This document shows, one piece after another, positions 9,318 to 18,000 of a DNA stretch of 32,000 bases. The DNA comes from Raphidiopsis brookii D9 (GTDB lineage Bacteria > Cyanobacteriota > Cyanobacteriia > Cyanobacteriales > Nostocaceae). The translations under genes and the position numbers were made by a program. Location: assembly GCA_000175855.1 (NCBI GenBank), contig ACYB01000019.1, positions 1 through 32,000 of the forward strand, given 5' to 3'. The notes beneath the pieces are model-generated. The model did no database searches. It had not been told where the DNA came from and saw nothing but the letters and a program-made list of their open reading frames with translations. Each line of letters begins with the position of its first letter. Position 1 is the first letter of the stretch.

Positions 9318-10328
9318 ATGAAACGCAGATCATTCATTGAAAGCTCCGCTTTATTTGGCGCGTCTTTATTAGGTACTCAAGCCATTGCCAGCATTGGTAA
9401 TAGAGGTATTGAGCCAGTACAAGCCCAACAAATAAAAGAACTGAACTTCGGTATCATTTCCACAGAATCCCAAGCCAATCAAAGACCCCTTTGGGAACCA
9501 TTTATTGCAGCGTTATCAAGTTCCATAGGTATTCCCGTGCGAGCTTTTTATGCTACCCAATATGCGGGGGTAATTGAAGCCATGCGTTTTGGTCAGGTGC
9601 AAATAGCTTGGTATGGTGGTAAATCCTATATTGAAGCTGCTAAAATTGCTAATGCAGAAGCCTTTGCCCAAACTGTTTCCAGTGATGGGAAAAAAGGTTA
9701 CTATGCTCATCTGATTGCCAATAAGAGTAATCCGATTACAGCAGCAGCTAAGAAACAGGGTGGGGATAAATATGTGATCCGAAATGCGAGTAAATTAACT
9801 TTTGCATTTAACGATCCTAACTCCACTTCTGGGTTTTTAGTACCTAGCTACTATGTATTTGGCAGAAATAAAGTTGACCCCAAGAAAGTTTTTAAACGCC
9901 TAATTTTCTCAGGTAGTCACGAAGCTACAGCTTTAGCAGTGGCAAATAACCAGGTAGATGTAGCCACTAATAATAATGAGTCTTTAGAAAGACTGGAAAA
10001 AACTAATCCCTCAGCCAGACAAAAAATAGAGATCATCTGGACATCACCAATTATCCCTAGTGATCCCATAGCTTACCGTAAAGATTTACCAGCTGATGTG
10101 AAGAAAAAGCTGCAAAATTTCTTCTACAATTTCAAAGACAAAAAAATCCTAGAACCTTTGCAGTGGTCAGCTTTAGTCCCCGCTAATGATAAAACATGGA
10201 ACCCCATTCGAGAGTTAGACCTTGCTAAACAGGTTTTAGACCTACAGTCTAAAACTGACTTAACTGCTGAAGATAAACAAAAATTAAACGATTTAAATAG
10301 TAGACTGCGTAAACTGCAAGGACGTTAA
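9318..10328 (+). CDS. phnD: Phosphonate/phosphite ABC transporter substrate-binding protein
   Basis: 336-aa ORF with a GAGGA ribosome-binding site upstream. It has a twin-arginine-like signal (MKRRSFIESSALFGASLLGTQAIA) and PhnD-like motifs FNDPNSTSGFLVP and WTSPIIPSDPIAYR. Confidence 0.85.
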   Translation: MKRRSFIESSALFGASLLGTQAIASIGNRGIEPVQAQQIKELNFGIISTESQANQRPLWEPFIAALSSSIGIPVRAFYATQYAGVIEAMRFGQVQIAWYGGKSYIEAAKIANAEAFAQTVSSDGKKGYYAHLIANKSNPITAAAKKQGGDKYVIRNASKLTFAFNDPNSTSGFLVPSYYVFGRNKVDPKKVFKRLIFSGSHEATALAVANNQVDVATNNNESLERLEKTNPSARQKIEIIWTSPIIPSDPIAYRKDLPADVKKKLQNFFYNFKDKKILEPLQWSALVPANDKTWNPIRELDLAKQVLDLQSKTDLTAEDKQKLNDLNSRLRKLQGR

Positions 10329-10350
10329 TACCAATTAATTACTAGTTATC

Positions 10351-10390
10351 AGCTGTTGATTTTTAAAAACTAAGTTAGGAATCAACAGCT
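10351..10390 (+). promoter_or_regulatory. Intercistronic stem-loop between phnD and phnE
   Basis: A perfect 11-bp stem, AGCTGTTGATT (10351-10361) pairing with AATCAACAGCT (10380-10390), with an 18-nt loop. It starts 23 nt after the phnD stop. Confidence 0.4.
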
Positions 10391-10455
10391 ACCTTGCCAA
10401 GCAACTGCATCAAATATATCGCTAAGTATCCAAATATTAATAACATTAAATCTAG

Positions 10456-11289
10456 GTGTACACGAACATGTCAGACAACTCAAAAAATGGCGATCCTTCT
10501 CCTAGCGTTTTGGCAATGTTAGAAAAAGAAGCCAAACTTGTCACTGTCAAAAAAGTTATATTAGTTTTAGCAATTGCTGTGACCCTAATTGCCTCCTATC
10601 TACAAAGTGAATTAAATTTCTTAGTGCTTCTGCAGCGTGGAGACAATATGGTGGAGTATGTTAAATCATATTTTCTACCAGACTTTTCCGACTGGGGATA
10701 CTACTTTTCTGAAACTGTAATTACAATTTCTATGGGACTCTGGGGAACCTTGATGGCAGCTATCGTTTCTGTTCCCTTATCCATTCTAGCATCCAATAAC
10801 ATGTGCCCAATATGGATTGTACAACCAACCAGACGAATATTAGATGCTATGCGTGCTATTAATGAAGTAGTGTTTGCACTAATATTTGTAGTGGCCGTGG
10901 GGTTAGGTCCCTTCGCAGGGGTGTTAGCCTTATTTGTACACACCACTGGAGTATTGGGTAAATTGTTCTCCGAAGCGGTAGAATCTATTGAACCCGGTCC
11001 AGTGGATGGGATTAGAGCTACTGGTGCTAGTCAGATTCAAGAGGTTATTTATGGTGTGATTCCCCAGGTTATGCCTTTGTGGACTTCTTTTACGCTTTAT
11101 AGATTTGAATCTAATGTCCGCTCCGCTTCTGTTCTGGGCATAGTGGGAGCTGGTGGCATAGGTGTTTCACTTTATCAAAGCTTTGGTGCTTTCCAGTATC
11201 AAAAAGTTTGTGCGATTTTAATTGTTTTAGTAGCAGCTACAGCTGTAATTGATTTGTTATCTGCTAAGATAAGAAATTGGTTAGTCTAG
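10456..11289 (+). CDS. phnE: Phosphonate ABC transporter permease
   Basis: 277-aa ORF from GTG, with an alternative ATG at 10468. It is a multi-TM permease with the loop EAVESIEPGPVDGIRATGAS. Confidence 0.85.
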   Translation: MYTNMSDNSKNGDPSPSVLAMLEKEAKLVTVKKVILVLAIAVTLIASYLQSELNFLVLLQRGDNMVEYVKSYFLPDFSDWGYYFSETVITISMGLWGTLMAAIVSVPLSILASNNMCPIWIVQPTRRILDAMRAINEVVFALIFVVAVGLGPFAGVLALFVHTTGVLGKLFSEAVESIEPGPVDGIRATGASQIQEVIYGVIPQVMPLWTSFTLYRFESNVRSASVLGIVGAGGIGVSLYQSFGAFQYQKVCAILIVLVAATAVIDLLSAKIRNWLV

Positions 11290-11321
11290 TTCAACCGGGG
11301 AAATTAAGACTAAAATTAATA

Positions 11322-12137
11322 CTAATGGAGCAGTTCAACACCAGATTTTGTAAAAAAAGAATGAACTAGGCGGGAAATATCCGGAGCATGAGTAGTAACA
11401 AAGTCATGTTCAGCGTCTGGGATAATATAAAAAGCGGTTTGGGGAATGGTCCTCGCATAGGTTTCACTGTGCCATTGGGGAATAGTAGTATCATTTCCCG
11501 CAGCAATAACTATTGTTGGTGTGGAAATTTGATGGATATGCTTTTCCACCGTATCCACAGCATCCGTTGGTTTTAATATACTCTTTAACATAGCAGCAGC
11601 AGAGGGTTGAGTCATCAGCGCATGACGTGCTTGGGCAATTTTTTGGTAACCATAGCTGTTGCCGCTCAAATAGGCAAAAGGTTTATATAGAGCGATCGCC
11701 AAATCCACAAGTTTTGTCTGCCAAAGTAGTGGTTTAAGGTGGTCATAACGTCCAACAAAACTATCATCACGAATACCTGCGGGCGCAATTAAACCTAAAC
11801 CATGTAAATTAAATGAGTAATGAATAGCATAGGCTGAAGCGACCCATGCACCGTAGGAATAACCAGCTAAATAAAACTTTTCCAGTTGGAGATTATCTAC
11901 AAATTGCTTGAGAAAAGTAACTTGGTTCTCAATTAAATAATTAATTTTGGGTTTAGAAGAGTCACCAAAGCCTAACAGTTCTAAGCTAAGACATTGAAAT
12001 TGAGATTGTAATTCATCTACCAGACAATTTAGGGATGACGCATCACCGAAAAACCCATGTAATAAAACTAATGGTTCACCTTTACCTTTAAGGGTATAGG
12101 CGGCCTGATAATCACCAAGTTTAACGAATTGTTTCAT
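11322..12137 (-). CDS. Alpha/beta-fold hydrolase
   Basis: 271-aa ORF with the HG motif LLHGFFGD, the nucleophile elbow GYSYGAW and a C-terminal AEHDF histidine. Its start is 2 nt after the upstream glycosyltransferase stop. Confidence 0.8.
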   Translation of the reverse strand: MKQFVKLGDYQAAYTLKGKGEPLVLLHGFFGDASSLNCLVDELQSQFQCLSLELLGFGDSSKPKINYLIENQVTFLKQFVDNLQLEKFYLAGYSYGAWVASAYAIHYSFNLHGLGLIAPAGIRDDSFVGRYDHLKPLLWQTKLVDLAIALYKPFAYLSGNSYGYQKIAQARHALMTQPSAAAMLKSILKPTDAVDTVEKHIHQISTPTIVIAAGNDTTIPQWHSETYARTIPQTAFYIIPDAEHDFVTTHAPDISRLVHSFFTKSGVELLH

Positions 12138-12139
12138 AT

Positions 12140-13444
12140 TTAATCATTAAAATTATCAAATATAACTGGGGTCCAGTCCACCACAGGTTGTTGAGTTAAG
12201 ATGGCTTGTTCAATAATAGCGATCGCCTGATTAATACCTCCAGAATGGTTAATTTCCTGTTGAAATTGTTGGGCACGATCTCGATAGCTGGGGACTTCTA
12301 AAACCCGTTTTACCTTTTCACGTAATTTCTGCACTGTTAATTGCTGCAATTCGAGAAATTCACCACAACCCGACCATTTAATTCTAGCTGCGATACCTGG
12401 TTGATCATTAGTAATAGGAATAGCCACCAGAGGAACACCATGAGTCAAAGATTCAAGAGTAGTATTCATACCTCCATGAGTTATTGTTAAACTTGCTCGC
12501 TGGAGTAGTTCAATTTGGGGAGCATAACGAACAACCAGGGGATGACCTGGTAGGGGTGGTAGATCTTCAGGATTAGCAGAACCACCCAGAGAAATCACTA
12601 ATTGAATATCCAAATTCTCACAAGCTGCAGCAATGGTTTGAAAGATATTTTTCCGGCGATTTTGCAATGTTCCCATAGAGGCATAAATTAGGGGTTTATC
12701 AGATAATTTTTCCCAGGGAAAATCAACAAATTTGCGGCTTGTTGTGCTATGAAATGGTCCGGTAAAATGAAAGTTATCAGGCAAGGTTTGTCGGGGATAT
12801 TCCAGAGATTTTGGTTGATGACAAATAATTGCCAGGGAGGAATCAAAAGTTGTTGGTATGGGTAACTGATTGTTTTTTAAAAACTGCTTTGCTGGTTCGT
12901 GGATAATTTTTCCTATCAAAGAACCTACATAATTAGTCAATTGATTTCTCAATTTAAAAAACCACTTAAAAAACCATGAGTTACCATATTGCCATGTTGT
13001 AAAAACAGGTGGAATTGCAGCCTCTTGGTTAAATGGTAAAGCACTACAGAGTGTAACATAGGGAATATTCAAAATTTTGGCGATCGCCACTGCTTCCGTA
13101 CTGGTTTGATCAATCACCATTCCATCTAGCTTGAGATCTTTACAGGCGATCGCCCCATCTTGGAGAACCATATATGAAACCTGTCGAAAGATTCCTATGG
13201 TGTAAAGTAGAGCGGATAGACCTTCTCGTTCACCCAAGGTTTCAAAGATTTTGTCTATGCTCCCTTGGGGAAGGGATTCCATGGCCACTGGGAAAAAATC
13301 AATACCAATTGCTTCAACTTTTGCTTGAGCATCAGCTATACCCACAAAGGTTACCCTGTGACCTTTTATAAGTAAGGCTTCACCAATTGGTAACATGGTA
13401 TTTAGATGACCTGTTTCAACTGGACAATACAAACCAATATGCAT
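12140..13444 (-). CDS. UDP-glycosyltransferase, GT1 MGT/CrtX-like family
   Basis: 434-aa ORF with the UGT signature ITHGGMNTTLESLTHGVPLVAIPITNDQPGIAARI. Confidence 0.8.
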   Translation of the reverse strand: MHIGLYCPVETGHLNTMLPIGEALLIKGHRVTFVGIADAQAKVEAIGIDFFPVAMESLPQGSIDKIFETLGEREGLSALLYTIGIFRQVSYMVLQDGAIACKDLKLDGMVIDQTSTEAVAIAKILNIPYVTLCSALPFNQEAAIPPVFTTWQYGNSWFFKWFFKLRNQLTNYVGSLIGKIIHEPAKQFLKNNQLPIPTTFDSSLAIICHQPKSLEYPRQTLPDNFHFTGPFHSTTSRKFVDFPWEKLSDKPLIYASMGTLQNRRKNIFQTIAAACENLDIQLVISLGGSANPEDLPPLPGHPLVVRYAPQIELLQRASLTITHGGMNTTLESLTHGVPLVAIPITNDQPGIAARIKWSGCGEFLELQQLTVQKLREKVKRVLEVPSYRDRAQQFQQEINHSGGINQAIAIIEQAILTQQPVVDWTPVIFDNFND

Positions 13445-13463
13445 AAATGACAGGCTCTCCAGT

Positions 13464-13809
13464 TTACCTTTTCCCGTTCACTTGGGAAACCGAGATAATT
13501 TTATAAGTACCCGATGTAGATTCAGGAATGCTCTTGGGAATAGATTTAACTACTTGGAGCTGGGCTTTTCCTCTGCAGAGCGTATTCTGCTTACAGACGC
13601 GAGTAATTTTTTTACCCACGGGGGATTGGGTTTCAAAGAAATAAATTACCGTATCTCCACTTTCTTTACCAAAATAAAAAACGTAAGGAGTGGGTTTTCC
13701 CAATCTTGAGATCCCCGCTAAAGTCCCCTGCAAATCTCTCCTGAGCCAACAAATCCCCAGCATTTAGAGCAATTAGGGTTGTTGGTAATAATGCCCAAAG
13801 TATTCTCAT
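13464..13809 (-). pseudogene. Small hypothetical secreted protein, apparently split between two frames
   Basis: ATG at 13809 opens a 48-codon frame with a signal-like N-terminus (MRILWALLPTTLIALNAG) that stops at 13663. The 99-aa ORF 13464-13763 is in another frame and has no signal-like N-terminus. Both frames are open across 13663-13763. Confidence 0.35.
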
Positions 13810-14012
13810 CACCAATATACCAGTAAGATTCTCTTTAACAAGAGTATCACGGTTCTATCCTAAAATTGCCAATTTTCCCAAATGTGGCTGAAACTAATAA
13901 GCATCTAGTGCGAGTTTGTAAAAGTCTTAGTTAGACCTGCTGCACTGCGATTATATATTTATCTAATCATTTATTTTTGATACGAACTAGTTGTTCCAAT
14001 AGTTGTTCTAAA

Positions 14013-14582
14013 TTATCCTTTTAGAATCTCATTTACAGTTAATTTCAACTCAGAAAATAAAGGGGAAAAAATCACCTCATCACCCTTAAAACCCTGCTCC
14101 TCATATAAACCTTCCACCCACTCCAAAACAGTCACTTTTTGCGCCATCGGATCAACAATCCAATATTCATTAATACCCCGTGCTGCATACTCGGAACGCT
14201 TGTAACGATAATCTCGCTTTTCTTGATTAGGACTTACCACTTCAATCACCAACAAAGGATGGGGCATATCCATTAAAATTAAAGAGCGTGTAGCATCTTT
14301 TATCACCTCAGCTAATTCTTCAGAAAATACCATCAAATCAGGAACACGCACCCCCACCATGCGACTATTTACAGCTATTTCTGTTTTCATTCTTAACCGA
14401 TAATAGGGAATACCTAACTTGAGAAAATAGGCAACTAAGAACATTGCTATTCTTTGATTCATTTCACTCTCAGAAGGCATAAGAATTAATTCCCCATTTT
14501 CCAATTCATATAAATTATCTGTCCCATCATCATAATTAATAAATTCCTCAAAAGTCATTTTTTTAGCAGTTGCGATTATCAT
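14013..14582 (-). CDS. Uma2-family (DUF820) PD-(D/E)XK endonuclease
   Basis: 189-aa ORF with the family pattern YELENGELILMP, VPDLMVF, LVIEVVSP, then D..YK..EYAARGINEYWIVDP. Confidence 0.85.
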   Translation of the reverse strand: MIIATAKKMTFEEFINYDDGTDNLYELENGELILMPSESEMNQRIAMFLVAYFLKLGIPYYRLRMKTEIAVNSRMVGVRVPDLMVFSEELAEVIKDATRSLILMDMPHPLLVIEVVSPNQEKRDYRYKRSEYAARGINEYWIVDPMAQKVTVLEWVEGLYEEQGFKGDEVIFSPLFSELKLTVNEILKG

Positions 14583-14912
14583 GACTATGACTCCTATAAA
14601 ATGCTGATTTTACTATTTTAACAACTGATATCACGGTCTATTTCTGTTTGACTTTTATTCAACAAGCGGCAATTATACCCTATGCAAACTCGGAAATGTC
14701 AAGTACTGTTACAAAAATTTGTGAACTACAAGGGTAAGGTATGCGCATTGCAGTCGTCCATTACTTCTATTCCTTTGGCATGGATGGCTTCATTGTCTGA
14801 TGCGATCGCATCCCAAAACAAAAGGCTTTGCGTCTATATTTTGTCGTTAAAACTAGATGTACGGTCACTGACCGACCTTCCCTTCGAGACAAAATCATTT
14901 TTCATAAGCCTC

Positions 14913-14942
14913 TTGACACATCTTTTATAATTAGTGTATACT
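14913..14942 (+). promoter_or_regulatory. Sigma-70-like promoter candidate for the NTPase-WD40 gene
   Basis: TTGACA (14913-14918), an 18-nt spacer, then TATACT (14937-14942). This is about 135 nt upstream of the ATG at 15078. A 7-bp stem-loop (15007-15013 pairing with 15024-15030) lies in the presumed leader. Confidence 0.35.
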
Positions 14943-15077
14943 AGGAAATCTAAGGCTGGAAAAAAGAAATAATCAGAATTAAGTTATCAAAAATAGCTGA
15001 AAAGCCCACACTCGTCCGAAGGGGAGTGTGTGTAGTATGTCACTGGAATTAACAGGATTTTCCCGGAGACCAACACC

Positions 15078-18000
15078 ATGAGTGATCTACAAAATATTGC
15101 CAATCATCACTATGAACCTATCAAAACTATCTTGCGAGTAATTGATTTCTCCCAAGGTCATTTTTCCCTGGTTTTTTTGCACTGTAATGATGCTCAATTA
15201 CGCCAACAAGTGGCAGCACAACTGAGGGAAAGCTCGCCCAACAAAATTGAGGAGATTACTCTACCCCAGTCGGCCATAAGTCTCTATGATAATATATCCC
15301 TAAGTTTGGATAGACATCCAGAAGTTTTGATGGTATTTGGACTGGAGAATGTTAATAACTTAGACTCTATCTTACAGTTCTCTAACCAAATTAGAGAAGA
15401 ATTTAGAAAAAACTTTGCCTTTCCCCTATTGATTTGGATAGATGATCGAATACTGAGAAAAATTTTGAGAATTGCACCAGATTTGGAAACTTGGGGTAGT
15501 ATTATTGGCACACCTAATTACTACAATGGAGAAAACCACGTGAAAGGTTTAGCTCAAATTCACAGGTTTTTGGCAGAAGCGGCTTTAGAAAATCAACAAT
15601 GGTCAGAAGCTAAAAAGCAGGCACAGTATGCACAAGAAATTTTAACCAGTGCTGATGATGGTTTATATTACTTATTGACTGCTCGTTCCCAAATTGGTCT
15701 GGGAGAAACTGGTGCGGCTATTAAAACTTTAGAGTTCGCTAAAACTCATACTATGCCTCCCCAGGATCCCCAACTCCACATTGAGATTTTAAAAACTTTG
15801 GGCAGTTTATACTTTGATCACGGTAATTACTTGCAGGCATTCTATGTTCGACAAGAGCAACTACAAGTTGAACAACAGTATAGGTTAAGAGCATTCCTGG
15901 GATCATCTTATTTAAATCCCCAACGCCCAATCATTAATAAGACTAATGGTAATGGTCGCAATAGTCGTCCCATGGTATTTGGTAGGGAAGAAGATATCAA
16001 AAGTTTATGGCAAAGAATCTCAGACAATGAACATCCATTAATCGTGATTCACGGACAATTTGCAGTGGGTAAAACCTCGATTATTCAGGGAGGGCTAGTT
16101 CCTATTCTGGAACAAGAACTCATTGATGACAAACAGATATTACCTATTATTCTCCAGAAGTACACAAATTGGTTAGAAGAATTATCGGAGCAATTATTAA
16201 ATAAACTAGAGAAGAAGTTACAATCAACTATAGCCATAGAAACATTTAATGGATTCTCTCCACAGGAGAGAATTGTTAAACTATTAAACATCAGTGGCGA
16301 TAAAAATTTATTAACCGTTTTGATATTTGACCAATTTGAAGAATTTTTCCTTGTCACCGGTAACCTTGAACAAAAAACAAGATTTTATCAATTATTACGC
16401 TCTTGCCTAGATATTCCCTTTGTTAAAATTATTCTTACCCTGCGGGAGGAATATTTACATTACTTACTGGAGATAGACAGACTGGTAGATTTAAGAGTTA
16501 CTAATAATAACATTCTTGACAAAAATATTCGTTACTACTTAGGTAACTTCTCCAAAGCAGTGGCTAAAAGGATTATTCAAACTCTAATGGTCAAAGACCA
16601 ATTTGAGTTACAGATGGAATTAATTGACCAATTAGTTGAAGAGTTGGGGGACAATTTAGGAGAGGTGAGACCCCTAGAGCTACAAATTGTTGGTGCACAA
16701 TTAGAAAAGGAGGGAATTGATACCTTAGAGCAATATGAACAATTTGGTGGTAAACAGAAACTACTGGAAAAATTCTTGCAGGATGTGATTAAAAGTTGTG
16801 GACCTGAGAATGAGTCAACAGCTCAATTAGTTTTATACTTGCTCACAGAGGAAAATGGAACTAGACCCTTAAAGACTCAATCGGAAATAGTAACACAGTT
16901 CTCAGTGGAAAGTGATAAACTAGATTTAGTTCTAAAGATTTTCGTTGGTTCAGGTTTAGTATGGCTACTGCGAGAATCACTTAGGGATAGATATCAACTG
17001 ATTTATGACTGTTTAGTGCCGTTTGTTCGTCAGCAGTATGTACAGTTATATTATGCTCATTTACCAGAACAATTAGAGAAAATTCAAGCAGAGCTTAGAC
17101 AAGAAAGGGAAGCTGAAGAACAAGCCCAGCTGGTAACTAAGCTGGAAGAAGATGCATTAATTGCTTTAGATCAGTTTAAAGCTGACCCTCTACTATCCCT
17201 AGTTAATGCTGTAAGTAGTGCTAACTTATTAAAATCCATAGTTCAAAACAATCCTCTGGATAAGTACCCAACCGTTAGTCCCATTTATGCCTTAAATACT
17301 ATTCTTGACGCTATCAGCGATCGCAATATCATCAAAGGTCATGAAGGTGGAATTACAAGTGTCTGTTTCAGTCCAGATGGACAAAGTATAGCAACTGGTT
17401 CCTGGGACAAAACAGTTCGGTTATGGAATTTGCGGGGTGAAAATATCCAGCAGTTTCGTGGTCATGAGGGTGGAATCACAAGTGTCTGTTTTAGTCCAGA
17501 TGGTCAAAGTATAGGGACTGGTTCTGAGGATGGGACAGCTCGGTTATGGAATTTGCAGGGGAAAAACATCCAGCAGTTTCGTGGTCACGAAGGTGGAATC
17601 ACAAGTGTCTGTTTTAGTCCAGATGGCCAAAGTATAGGGACTGGTTCTGAGGATGGGACAGCTCGGTTATGGAATTTGCAGGGGAAAAACATCCAGCAGT
17701 TTCGTGGTCACGAAGGTGGAATCACAAGTGTCTGTTTTAGTCCAGATGGACAAAATATAGGGACTGGTTCTGAGGATAGGACAGCTCGGTTATGGAATTT
17801 GCAGGGGGAAAACATCCAGCAATTTCATGGTCATGAGGACTGGGTTACAAGTGTGAGTTTTAGTCCAGATGGTCAAACCCTAGCTACCACCTCTGTGGAC
17901 AAAACAGCTAGATTATGGAACTTGCAGGGGGAAACCATTCAACAATTTCATGGTCACGAGAACTGGGTCACCAGTGTGAGTTTCAGTCCAGATGGTCAAA

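Noticed and set aside
14682-14930. 82-aa ORF in the 495-bp spacer between the Uma2 and NTPase-WD40 genes, and a short MRIAVVHYFYSFGMDG reading (14741-14800) that looks like a glycosyltransferase N-terminus
   Set aside because: There is no ribosome-binding site and no recognisable domain. The promoter candidate for the downstream gene overlaps its end. The GT-like peptide is only 19 codons long, too short to call a gene remnant.
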